Positions 14,036 through 26,778 of a stretch of 64,000 nucleotides of DNA are shown here, in pieces. The stretch comes from Octopus sinensis (lineage: Eukaryota), in the NCBI RefSeq assembly GCF_006345805.1, contig NC_043005.1, positions 37,696,001-37,760,000 of the forward strand, read 5' to 3'. The notes beneath the pieces are model-generated. The model worked only from the letters and a program-made list of their open reading frames with translations, searched no databases and was not told the origin of the DNA. Position 1 is the stretch's first letter. Each line of letters starts with the position of its first letter. Made by a program: the position numbers and the translations under genes.

Positions 14036-15729
14036 ACACATATATATATATATATACATACATATATGTGTGTGTGTCTATTATATATATATATATACAC
14101 ACACACACATATGTATGCAGGTTCCATTATTGTTCTTAGTTATAATCCAAGTTAACACTATTAATTTATAGAAATAATTCTAAAATTCAAAAGTTAATTA
14201 AAAATTTATGCAGGTGTAGTAATCACTGTATTCATTGTCACTGTATTTTATATATATGTATACATACACACATACACATACACCCATACATATATGTCCA
14301 TAGATATTTGAGATCAGTTTTTGTTGGTATTTATTCTGGTTTAATTTTGTGACAATTATAACTTTAATTAATTACAACACAGGTAATAATTTCCTCTTTA
14401 CAATGTAGTTATTTCTCAGTGTATTTCACTTTATGTTACATAATACGAATCTTGTATTGTTTTAGCGGTGAGGATCTGAACTACTCTGAGTGCAAGTCTA
14501 TTATGATTAAATCTTATTACAATCCATTCAAAATTAATTTACTAAAAATTAAAAGTGTACTGTAATTTTCTTGAAACATTGCAATGTGTAAATGACTTAG
14601 GCATTTTTAAAGAAGACTTTTACAGGCAAGAATTTATGTAAAATATGTAAGGTGATGCTCATAAATAAAAGCAAATGCAAGATATGGCATTAGTTTACAA
14701 TGGCTGTTTAATGCTCCTATAGTATTTCGGGAAAGCTTCCTTTTATCAAATGTGTGATAGAAAATAATCTTGAGTGTTTTATTATTTGTAGGCCATTTTG
14801 ATGTGTTTTGGTTACTGTATTCATGTAGTAAACACACTATCGGTGAACATAATAGCAGATGGTGTTGTGTGTCATAAGAAGTGGCAATAGTAATGGTAGA
14901 TGTTTTAGTACCTGAAATATAACAGAAGCATGAATCAACCTTTTTAGAGTAATAGAATACCTTGCCTCTGTTTATCAATACCTCCTTGTATATTTTCCCT
15001 GCATTGCATAAAGCTCTTAAAAATGTATATACTCAGTATTATCCTCATGCCAAATCTTTCTGCTGTTAGTATCCCCCAAACATATCTAATATATAACCAA
15101 GACAGAGAATTATTTCAGTATAATATAATGGATAACAATTCATAGGACCTCAAAGTGACAGGGCTTGGTTGCTCCTCTTTAAACTATCAATCTATTTATG
15201 AATTTTTTAATTTGTTTGATTCATAGCCCTTTACTTTTTCCTATTCTTTACATCATTTGTTACTTTTCCATTGCTTTGTCTTTTTAAGTTACTTCACATC
15301 TTTAGCGCTGGTGTCACAAAATAGCATCTGGTATACACCATTAAATGTTTGCTATTAGGAAAAAGCACCCAGCCATAAAAACCATGTCAAAGCTAGCATT
15401 GTGGGCAGATCCTGTGCAACCCATGCCAGCATGGATCCTGGCAGATCCTGTCATATGTATGCCAGCATGGAAAATGAGGATACAATAAATGAGGATGATG
15501 ATCATGATGATGACAATATTTAGGTATTGCTGCCATAACATAAATTTATAAGTTATGTCCTAGACACCAAAACAGCAGACACTAAATTTTAGACCATTCA
15601 TGAACCAAACATTTGATATCTTAATCAGCCAGCTTCTCTTTATATTACTGGACCTCATACACTACCAATTTCCTTTCACAGTATCTTCATATTTCACAGT
15701 CAACAATAGTAGGATTTGAATAATAATAA

Positions 15730-16350
15730 TAATCCTTTCTATTATATGCACAAGGCCTGAAATTTTGGGAGAGGGATATAGCTGATTACATTGTCTCCAG
15801 CACTCAACTAGTTCTTAATTATCGACCCCAAAAAGATGAAAAGTAAAGTTGACCTCAGCAGAATTTGAACTCTGAACATAAAGATGGACAAAATGCTGCA
15901 AAGCATTTTGTCTGGAGTGCTAATGAGACAGCCAGCTCACTGCCTTAATAACAACAACAATAATATTAATGATTTCAAATTTTGTCACACGGGCAGCAAT
16001 TTTGTGGGGAGGCGATGAATCAATTACATCAACTCCAGTGTTCAACTGGTGCTTATTTTATCCACCCCAAAAGGAGGAAAGGAAAAGTCAACCCCGGTGA
16101 AATTTGAACTCAGCACCACTAAGCATTTCGTCCAGTATGCTAACAAGTCTGCCAAATCCTTTCTACTTTAAGCGCAAGGCCTGAACTTTTGGTGGGAGAG
16201 GACTAGTCAATTACATTGACCCTAGTACTCAACTGGTGTTTGTTTCATTGACACCAAAAGCGAAGTTGACCTTGGCAGCACTTGAACTCAGAATCTACAG
16301 AAGGTGCTATTAAGAATTTTGTGCGGTGTGCTAATATTTCTGCTAGCTCG
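15730..16350 (-). mobile_element. Chain of 3-4 family-B SINE copies
   Basis: Repeated gcacaaggcctgaaattt..gttgacc..gaatttgaactc..aagcattt..gccagctc units between (AAT)n tracts. Confidence 0.78.
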
Positions 16351-16388
16351 CCATCTTAATATCTTAATAATAATAATAATAATAATAA

Positions 16389-16429
<41 letters not shown>

Positions 16430-17171
16430 TAATAATAATAACTACTACCTAAGAGGTTGAAGGATATTGGAATTGAGACACTTGCATTAATGGCCTGCAG
16501 TTAAGTACATTCTTGTTTTCTACAAGAATCATAAGAAAGATTCTTGAGATTTGAGGTGACTTGTTTTCACCAAACTTCATTTCAACATCCCTGCTAACTA
16601 ATAGAGTATGAAATAGTATAATAATAACAACAGCGTAAAAATTATTCAAGGTGGGGCCCCAGCATGGCCACAGTCTAATGACTGAAACAAGTAAAAGATA
16701 AAATATAAACTATTACTATTATTGTTGCTGTTGTTTGTAACATTGGTATAAAGCCATTTATTTTGGGGAGACATGCTTGTGGCTTTGATCCCCTGTCACA
16801 ATAAGAAATTCCTCACTCTCAGCAATGAATTTTGTATTCTCATTGTTTCAAGTTTTCTCTATACTTCCTTCACCTTTATTAATTTTTAACAAGTATTAGC
16901 CATGTATCAGCTTTTCTTGCCAGTGTTTTAACATGGCATTCATCAGCAGCTTTATTTTTAATTTATATTTCAGTGTTTTTTTTTCCAGAATTTTAGTTGT
17001 TGCCACTCTTTGTTTCATCTACCCAATTTTGAGTTCAGATGCACAACATGGCATCTTGGGCAAATATTTTCTACTATAGCCCAAGGTCAACGAATGGATT
17101 GTGAGTGCATTTGGTAGACAGAAGCTTCATGGAACTCATACATATATATATATATATATATAATATATATA

Positions 17172-17242
<71 letters not shown>

Positions 17243-17393
17243 ATATACGCTTATGAATTTGTGTTGCAAGATACACATATATGTATATACACATACATAT
17301 AAATAAATGTATATTTACACTTAGATATATATGTATATATACACACATCTGTGTGTATATACATATATATATGTATATACATATATACATATA

Positions 17394-17432
<39 letters not shown>

Positions 17433-17483
17433 GAATATATATGCACATATATATATATATATATATACATGTTTATATATGTT

Positions 17484-17517
<34 letters not shown>

Positions 17518-18576
17518 GACAGACAAGAAATTTGTATATAGTTTATAATTGCTCAACAGCTGTTTCATTGGCATAAAACATCGTTATTTATGTGAGAGTT
17601 ATTTGATATAATTAGATATTTGTATATGTACATTTTGTCTAATTCTCTTATCTTTCTTTCTTCCCCCCCCCCCGATATTCTTAATTCATTTTCACTCTTC
17701 TCATGATTATTTTCATACATCATTCCAGTCTAGTAATTTGTATGATGTATGTGCATTCTGTAATTTTCCTGTATCTGAACCCTCCTCTATTTCCTTATCT
17801 ACCATTCTTTAATATCACCACTTCATTTGACCAACCTTGGCTAGCTGCTTTCTCCTCATCTTGCCTTTCACCATCCTTCACCATCTGATACTTTATACCA
17901 CTTCTCATAAAAAACAGTGTTTTCTCTTACTCCTACTCTCCCTCCACTTTGGTCCCTCACCATTTCACATTGGTCTCCAAATTCCTTTTTCTCCAAAAAA
18001 AAAAGAAAAGAAAAGAAAACGAAGTGTCCGATGTATTGGAATTTTCACCTCTTATGACATATTAATTCTTGGCAACTCTCTCCTACTAACCTTTTCTTTC
18101 CTATTTTTCCTCTTCTTGTCTATGAACCAATTTCCCATGCTATTTCATACCATCAAAGAAACAAACTGCTGAAGACTGCAAAGGTTTGGAGAAACCTAAA
18201 TGTAATTCTTAAATAAATGATGTTTGACCTATTTTTCATGGCTTGTAAATTATGCCTTTGACATGATATAATGTTGTAAGCATTCTCATTAACTACCAAC
18301 CATCACTGATATTATCACTGATTTAGTTCTTAATCTTAGCCGTTTTTCTTTTTCTTTTTTTTTTGAAACATATCTTCATTATCTTTTCCCCTTCATTATA
18401 AAAAGTATCTTCTATATCTTGTTGTCTCTTTGCAATGCTATCTTTTATTCATTATATATGAGATGTTATCAAGCGTATCTCACATTACAAATGTTACCTA
18501 TGGCATTTCTGTATCTGGAATGATGTGTTAAATTATCTTTTATTATTATTTATTATTATTATTATTTTTATTATTA

Positions 18577-18640
<64 letters not shown>

Positions 18641-18661
18641 CACTACTACTACTACAACTAC

Positions 18662-19015
18662 TAAGGCATTGAGCTAGCAGAATCATTAGCACGACAAAAT
18701 GCTTAGCAACATTTCTGCTCTGACATTATGTTCTGAGTTCAAACTCTGCCACGGTGAACTTCGCCTTTCATCCTTTTAGGAGTTACCATTTGAGAACTGG
18801 GGTTGATATAATCAACTAGCTCCATCTCACCAAATTCCCAGCCTTGTACCTATAGTACAAAGGATTATTGTTATTAATATTATTATTACTATTATTATTA
18901 TTATTGTTATTATTATTATTATTAAGACAGTGAGCTGGCAGAATCATTAGCATGCAGGATAAAATAATTAGCAGCATTTCATTTGTCTTTACGTTCTAAG
19001 TTCAAATTCCCTACT
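18662..19015 (+). mobile_element. Two family-B SINE copies (second is partial)
   Basis: gagctagcagaatcattagcac..ctgagttcaaactc.. and gagctggcagaatcattagc..ctaagttcaaattcc. Confidence 0.75.
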
Positions 19016-21654
19016 TGACTTTCTCCTATATCCAAAGGGTTGCATCCTTCAAATTATCACATACTAAGTGTACTGTGCAAACTTATCATATTTTACCATC
19101 GTTTCCATTTCCTTCTTGTCATCTTTTATGTAAACTATTGTTGACTATCCTTGTGATGTCCCATCCATTGATGCCCTTGTTGGTAATAAAAGAAATTCTT
19201 CTTCTTCTTCTTCTTCTCCTCCTCCTCCTCCCCCTCCTCCTCCTCCTCATCATCATGAAATAAAGAGATTGAGAGAGTGGGTACAATATATGATGCCAGC
19301 ACTCTTAAAGTGCTGTAAGAGCTCGTGTTTGTGCACATGCTGCTAACAACGTATAAAAATATTAGGGTGGTTTTACCCTACAACTTGGGAACCTCTAAGG
19401 TAAAGACTACCAATGGTTGGGATTCCTTTGGGAATCCCAGACATTATCATTATTATTATTATTTTTGTTCTGCAGGATTTTGTTGTTTTTTTTTTTAACA
19501 GGAAAATAGGGAGTGCATTCTGTCATTGGCTTTTCATTTTGAGTCACATCCTATATATTATACAGAAAATGTTTCTGCAAAGCCAAAGTATGTCACAACA
19601 AACAACCCTCTTCCCCCCACCACCACCTACCATTTCCACCACCCTCCACCCCTCACCATTTTTTAGCAGGCAGTTTAATAAATCTCCAATATCCTTTAAT
19701 TTCGTTATTCATTCATAATTTTCAGCAATTTTGAAATAATAATTAATCTTTCATAAAACCAAATTATTTTGAATGCAAATTTTACCTTTAGAAATTATCT
19801 ACATTCAGCAAAGTAACATATGTGTGATGTATAAACAAACCTTTCTACTTGTATATGAGTGTTTATTAATTGACTGATTGGTTTCCACACTCAATCAAAT
19901 GACATTGTTACTGATGTTGAGAAACTCTGGAATACCTCACTCTTTTGTCTCACATGCTCCAGTAAATCTAAGCTGCATATCTATACAGGATGTTGTGTAC
20001 ATTAATTTATACATTTTTTTGTTGTAGGTTTGCATAGTTGATTTCACAGTTGCGTGAGCAGTTTCAAGTATACAACAGTTTTTTCAATGATATATTTAAC
20101 CTATCCAATCCGTATTAAAATAGAAACACTTTATATCTGTGTGTAGGTAGGGGCATACTCTGACCTTTAACAATTCTCACTACATGCATTAAAGCTGCCA
20201 AATCCAAGTAAATTTATATAGATAAGAAAGTTGAAAGAAAATATATGTTATTTTCTGTTCAGTTTCAAGTGGATTTTGCAATATTAATCAATATTGAAAA
20301 ATGTTATGATAAAAATTATAATTTTAATGTTATAATGAAAAATTTGTTTTCAATAGCTTTGCACCAATGGAATATATATATGACTGTATGTGTGTGTATG
20401 TAAACTAAAAAGAAGATCAACAACAACACTCTAGCTAACAATTAATTATATACAGTATTAATATTATAAATGGTAATTTAAGTGAACTGAGAAATAGACA
20501 AGAAAGTAGGAAAATTATGACAGAATTTTGAGTACAGCTACACAAAATCTCAATTTGACAGAATATGGTTTCAACAGTTTCACAGAGGGAGGGTATTTGT
20601 GCAAATGGAAAATTACTATTAAAAAAAAAAACAAAGAAAGAAATTGCATAGAAAATAATCAATTTTTGTAAATTAATTAGAGAATGTGATAATAATAGAA
20701 ATCCATTTCCTGTAGTTAAAGATGTAATTAGCTTTAGCACAAAGACCATCAATATGAAGGTAGCTGAGAACAAAAACAGCAGACAAGCTTGAAAAAAAAT
20801 GCAAGTGAATGTTATGTTATGACATCTATATAATATAACCAAAGAAAGATGGCAAAATAAAACCACCTCATTTTAGATAATCATCAATGGACTGTGAGTA
20901 TACTGTTGGTAAGAAGAATTACCAGGGTGCTCTGCCTACCTTTTATTTTATTTTAGCATATAAAAAGACAGTCTGATTTTTTAAGAATGCTTAATAAAGT
21001 GTTTGTTCTTGTTAACCTAATCTGCCATTGTCATCATAGTCTATAAAAAACACTAAGCTGAATTTACAAAAGAAAATGCTTACCAATTCTCTTCTCTTAA
21101 TCTCTTCTATCACTGGGTTTGTAGGGACAATCATAGGCATACAAATCAATGGTAAACGATATAAGCAAGCTGTAGTGACAGTGACCAACCATGGATATCT
21201 TTTTGAGCAGTTCCAGATAATGGCCGATAAAAATATTGCATAGCCATATTAGGCCTGTTTTTTTTTTTTTTTTTTTTTAAGTCAAAGTAAATAGAATCAG
21301 GTTCCTATCTCTGTCACCTGACAGGAATTATTTACCAAAACCAACTAAACTGTATGCAAGTACCAAACTGAAAATATTGAGGCTGCAATGAATGAAACCC
21401 CTAATTATCGAAAATTTTTCTATTCCTCAGTTATGACTAAAGAATCAATTCAGAATTCTTCCAGATTTCTACAGACCATACAATATATAGGTAACTGCTT
21501 TATATAAGTGCGGCCCATATTATATGAAAAGTGCTGATGTAGCCAGTCCCCAGTTCACCATTGAGAATCATTGTTTGATCCAGGAGTACAGTATCAACTT
21601 ATGAAAGACAACGATAAACTTGCTAACAAAAATAAAAATAAAAGCCATCTATTC

Positions 21655-21820
21655 TTAACCCTTTAACATTCAGATTATTCTGCCAAATTTTGGTAATGAG
21701 ATGGTTTACTTTTAGAATGACATTGTAGAGTAGGAGTGAGAATCCAAATGTTTTGGTTTGAACATAAAACAGGTAAAATATTTTGGCCAGATATAGCAAG
21801 TTTAAATGCTAAATAGTCAA
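21655..21820. mobile_element. Possible piggyBac-type MITE relic
   Basis: The left end TTAA-CCCTTTAACATT matches the right end aatgctaaatagtcaa at 12/16 positions as an inverted repeat. Confidence 0.35.
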
Positions 21821-21835
21821 GGTGATGGTCAAGAC

Positions 21836-22230
21836 ATGGCTGTGTAGTTAAGAAGTATTTTTTCATAACCACAAAGTTTCAGGTTCAGTCTCACTGCATG
21901 GCACTTTGGGCAAGTGTCTTCTACTATGGCCTTGGGTTAACCAAGGACTTGAGAGCGTAGTTGGTAAATGGAAGCTGTAAGGGATCCTTCATGTTGTATG
22001 TTTACATATGTAGCTTATCTTTTATTTATTACAGTCATTGGAGAGTGGCTATACTGGGGCATCACCTTGAAGGGTTTTCATTTGAGGGAACCAACACCAG
22101 TGCTTTTTTCTTTTAAACCTGGTACTTATTCTATCAGTCTCTTTTTGCCAAACTGCTAAGTCATGAGAACATAAACAAATCAACACTCATTGTTCAGCAG
22201 TGACCGGAGACAAACACAAAAACACACAAA
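21836..22230 (+). mobile_element. Degenerate tRNA/CORE-like SINE copy
   Basis: atggctgtgtagttaag..aggttcagtctcactgcatggcactttgggcaagtgtcttctactat. Confidence 0.7.
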
Positions 22231-22423
22231 GATAAGTAATAATTTTAAACTTGGGTATACACCTGATAGTATACTGTTTAAAGTGTGTTCACTGCCTTAA
22301 GCTGTTTGATGTTATCCACAGTACGGATACATGTGTCACCGGATTTACTTAAAGAATTTGTTTGTGTCTGATGAGTATCTAACATATGAGAGAAAGAAGA
22401 AATTGAATTCATGAGATTCTTTA

Positions 22424-22803
22424 TTAATCACTATGATCATTTCAACCCATTGTGCATCAGTCTCTCGCAGGTGAGATTCTGTACCAGGGATTGTGGAACA
22501 TCATTCAGTGTAAATTTGTCTCATCAGGGGACATTTTCAGAAGGTGCTTTGCTCATTAAATATGGCTTTGCAAAGTTAAATCATAATACATTTCATTATT
22601 TCTCTGTAGTTGATTGTGTGCGGGGGATATCATCCTTCATACAAACAGCTACAGGTAAATAATGAAATGTATTGTAATCAAACTGAGACTGAGTCTATTG
22701 AAAATTCCTTTGACATGACACATCTGCACTGAATGATGCACCACAACCAGTTGTTCAGAATTTTACCTGATGCATAATGGGTTGAAACAATTGTAGTGAT
22801 TAA
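22424..22803. repeat. Old ~380-bp fold-back element with diverged outer arms and a near-perfect inner hairpin
   Basis: ttaatcactatgatcatttcaacccattgtgcatcag (22424-60) matches the reverse complement of ctgatgcataatgggttgaaacaattgtagtgattaa (22767-803). Similarity continues inward (gtgagattctg..catcattcagtg). The inner arms at 22583-22675 pair over ~43 bp. Confidence 0.85.
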
Positions 22804-23030
22804 ATATATATATATGTATATCAACATAGGTATGTATGTATGTTTTTATGTACGTATGATGAACTTCTTTCAGTTGCTGCCTACCAGATCCACCTTCAAG
22901 GCTTTGGTCATCCTAGGACTGTTGTAGATGACACTTGCCCAAGGTAACACGCAGAGGGATTGAAATCAGAACCATGTGGTTGGGAAGCAGACTTCTTACC
23001 ACACAGTCGCAACTACATCTATATATGTGC

Positions 23031-24922
23031 ATCATCATCATCATCATCGTCGTTTAACGTCCGTTCTCCATGCTAGCATGGGTTGGACGGTTCGACCGGG
23101 GTTCTGGGAAGCCAGAAGGCTGCACCAGGCTCCAGTCTAATTTGGCAATGTTTCTACAGCTGGATGCCCTTCCTAACGCCAACCACTCCGTGAGTGTAGT
23201 GGGTGCTTTTTACGTGCCACCTGCACAGGTGCCAGGCGGGGCTGGCAACGGCCACGGTCAGATTGGTGTATTTTATGTGCCACCGGCACGGAAGCCAGTC
23301 GAGGCGGTGCTGGCATCGGCCACGAGTTGGATAGTGCTTTTTACGTACCACCAGACCAGGGATCCTGGCTGGTTCAATTCGATTTCGATTTCGCTTGCCC
23401 CAACATGTCTTCACAAGCAAAGGGGGTTGGCAAGGGTGCCTGTCGTACGGTCGCATTGGAGTATTTTACGTGCCACGGCCACGAGTCGGATAGTGCTTTT
23501 TACGTACCACCAGACCAGGGATCCTGGCTGGTTCAATTCGATTTCGCTTGCCCCAACATGTCTTCACAAGCAAAGGAGGTTGGCATGGGTGCCTGTCGTA
23601 CGGTCGCATTGGAGTATTTTACGTGCCACGGCCACGAGTCGGATGGTGCTTTTTACGTACCACCAGGCCAGGGATCCTGGCTGGTTCAATTCGGTTTCGA
23701 TTTCGATTTCGCTTGCCCCAACATGTCTTCGCAAGCATGGGGGGTTGGCATGGGTGTCTGTCGTCGGATGAGGTTCTATATCGACTTCGCTTGCCTCAGC
23801 CGGTCTTTGTGTCCAAGGGAGGAAAGGCATTCATAAGTGGGCTGGGCTCACTTGTCCTGCCTGGTCTTCTCACGTACAGAATATTTCCAAAGGTCTCGGT
23901 CTCTGGTCATTTCCTCAGTGAGGCCTAAAGTTCGAAGGTCGTGCTTCACCACCTCGTCCCAGGTTTTCCTGGGTCTACCTCTCCCACGGGTTCCCTCAAC
24001 TGCTAGGGATTGGCACTTTCTCACACACCTATCTTCATCCATTCTCGCCACATGACCATACCAGCGCAATCGTCTCTCTTGCACACCACAACTGATGCTT
24101 CTTAGGTACAACATTTCTCTCAAGGTGCTAACGCTCTGTCGAGTATGTACACTGACATTACACATCCATCGGAGCATACTGGCTTCATTCCTCACGAGCT
24201 TACGCATGTCCTCAGCAGTCACGGCCCATGTTTCGCTGCCATGTAGCATGGCTGTTCGTACACACGCATCATACAGTCTGCCTTTTACTCTGAGCGAGAG
24301 GCCTTTAGTCACCAGCAGAGGTAAGAGCTCCCTAAACTTTGCCCAGGCTATTCTTATTCTAGCAGTTACACTTTCAGCACACCCACCCCACTACTGACTT
24401 GGTCACCTAGATAACGGAAGCTATCAACTACTTCTAGTTTTTCCCCCTGGAAAGTGACGGAAGTTGTTTTCTGCAGATTTTCGGAGGTTAATGCTCCCGA
24501 GCATCTGCCACATACAAAAACTATCTTCCCAGTTAGCCTACCTTTGACATTGCTGCACCTCTTATGTGTCCATAGCTTACACTGGGTACATCTTATAGAG
24601 TTTCTACTTACACCTTTTCTACAGATCGAGCAGGGCCATCTTCCTGAAGATATTTGTGGATTGTCTACCTTTCTACTTATTAGTACTTTGGTTTTAGCTA
24701 GGTTGACTCTAAGGCCCCTTGATTCTAAACCCTCCTTCCACACCTGGAACTTCTCCTCCAGTTCTGATAGTGACTCAGCAATAAGAGCAAGGTCGTCAGC
24801 GTAGAGGAGCTCCCAGGGACAGCCTGTCTTGAATTCCTCCGTAATTGCCTGGAGTACTATGATAAATAGGAGGGGGCTGAGTACTGAATCCTGGTGGACC
24901 CCAACCTCTACTTTGAATTCTT
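23031..24922 (-). mobile_element. RTE-clade LINE, 5'-truncated, fairly young (RT C-half, 3' UTR and (GAT)n tail)
   Basis: Minus-strand translation gives VGVHQDSVLSPLLFIIVL...WELLYADDLAL...LRVNLAKTKVL...LEVVDSFRYLG...KGRLYDACVRTAMLHGSETW...RLRWYGHVARM...RGRGRPRKTW. There is one frameshift near 24385. The 3' UTR has tandem repeats and ends in (GAT)n at 23031-50. Confidence 0.93.
23318..23765. repeat. ~2.9 copies of a 153-159-bp tandem repeat in the RTE 3' UTR
   Basis: ggccacgagt(t/c)ggat starts at 23318, 23477 and 23630. The length difference is one TTCGAT hexamer. Confidence 0.9.
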
Positions 24923-25295
24923 GTGTGTGTATTACTGTATGTCATATTAACGTTGCACTGTAGATGTAAATGAGCATCTTCATCATCATATAAGCAGTGT
25001 CATTTGTTTTTAATCTTCCATGAAAATATGTTTGGCCATGGAGAAATATTACAGATGAGGATTGGTGATAGTGAGAGCAAACAGGCAGAAAATCTGCCTC
25101 AACAAATTTTCATCTCGCTCATGCAAGCATGCAAACATGCTGCATGAAAATGTTGGACATGAGGGAGAGATGGAGAAAGAAGAAGAAAAAAAAAGGGATG
25201 TAACTTCTGTAGTCATTTTTGTACGTTGATCTATAATTTCTTTTACCAGGTGCCCTTATTATTATCATTATTATTATTATCATTATTATTATTAA

Positions 25296-25847
25296 GTGAG
25301 AGAGCAGTGCATGCCATCAAAGTGACACTGGGGTAAAATATACGAAGCCCAATATACCCATCATGACTACCCATCTGATAAAGGTACACCAGGCACATGC
25401 ATCACAACCATATGTGCGCGACATGGTGATCTCATATCAAGATAAACAGCACATGACCTTGCAGGTGGGGCCCAGTTAGAATTTTCTTCAGGTTGAGTAG
25501 CCCATCCCGCTCAAAAGGTCCCTGAATAAGGGTTGTTTAAGGATGTTGAAAGAACCACCCATGTTTCCAGAGGTGAATTATTCAAACCCCAAAGAATCCC
25601 TCTCAACACATGGCTATGATGCTCCCCCACTACTTCTGCTCGTGATCAGAGATGCACATATCGTCAGCCACTAAGGGACATGCTCAACTGGTTAAGGTCA
25701 AACAACTGACAAGCAAATCTGTGGTATTGAGCAGAATATTTGTTGTAGCCCATCTTTTATACCAAGACAAAACAATGTACATGATAACACTTCCAATCAG
25801 TTAAGATCAGAAGCCATGAGAGCCACTGCCTGGTACTGCATCAGGGC

Positions 25848-25848
<1 letters not shown>
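25296..25848. mobile_element. ~550-bp non-coding interspersed repeat (family A), flanked by (ATT)n
   Basis: gtgagagagcagtgcatgccatcaaagtgacactgggg ... gccactgcctggtactgcatcagggc. Five copies occur in the window. No ORF or TIR was recognised. Confidence 0.85.
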
Positions 25849-25923
<75 letters not shown>

Positions 25924-26157
25924 ATAGGTAGCAAGCTAGCAGAATCATTATCACACTGGATAAAATAATTAGCAGCATTTCATTTGTCTTTACATTCTGA
26001 GTTCGAATTCCATCGAGGGTGGCTTTGCCTTTTATCCTTTCAGGGTTGATAAAAATAGGTACTAGCTGAACACTGGGGTCAATGTAATCAACTCATCCCC
26101 TCCTCAAAAGTTACTGCCCTAGTGGCAAAATTTGAAACCAATATTATTATTATTATT

Positions 26158-26709
26158 GAGTGAGAGAGCGGTGCATGCCATCAAAGTGACACTGGGGTAC
26201 AAATATATGAAGCCCAGTATAACCATCATGACTACCCGTCTGATAAGGGTACACTAGGCACATGCATCACAACCAAGTGTATGCAACATGGTGATCTCAT
26301 ATCATGATAAACAGTGCATAGCCTTGCAGGTGGGGTCCAGTTAGAATTTTCTTCTGGTCGAGTAGCCCATCCTGCTCAAAAGGTCCCAATAAGGATTGTT
26401 TAAGGATGTTGAATGAATCACCCATGTTTCCAGAAATGAATTATCCAAACCTCCAAGAATTGCTTTCAACACATGACTATGATGCTCCCCAACTACTTCT
26501 GCTCATGATCAGAGATGCACATATCGTCAGCCACTAAAGGACATGGTCAACTGGTTATGGTCAAACAACTGACAAGCAAATCTGTGGTATTGAGCAGAAT
26601 ATTTGCTGTAGCCCATCTTTTATACCAACACAAAACAATGTACATGATAATACTTCCAATCAGTTAAGATCAGAAGCCATGAGAGTCACTGCCTGGTACT
26701 GCATCAGGG

Positions 26710-26710
<1 letters not shown>
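26158..26710. mobile_element. Family A copy, same orientation as 25296-25848
   Basis: Collinear with the previous copy and flanked by (ATT)n. Family-B SINEs lie at 25925-26140 and 26779-26990. Confidence 0.85.

Positions 26711-26778
<68 letters not shown>

Noticed and set aside
20435-21650. Long non-microsatellite stretch with membrane-protein-like or protease-like snippets
   Set aside because: Stops occur at about random frequency in all frames, with no convincing motif or splice sites.
23070-23928. ORFs of 233, 169 and 126 aa with internal repeats
   Set aside because: They are antisense readings of the GC-rich tandem-repeat 3' UTR of the RTE element.
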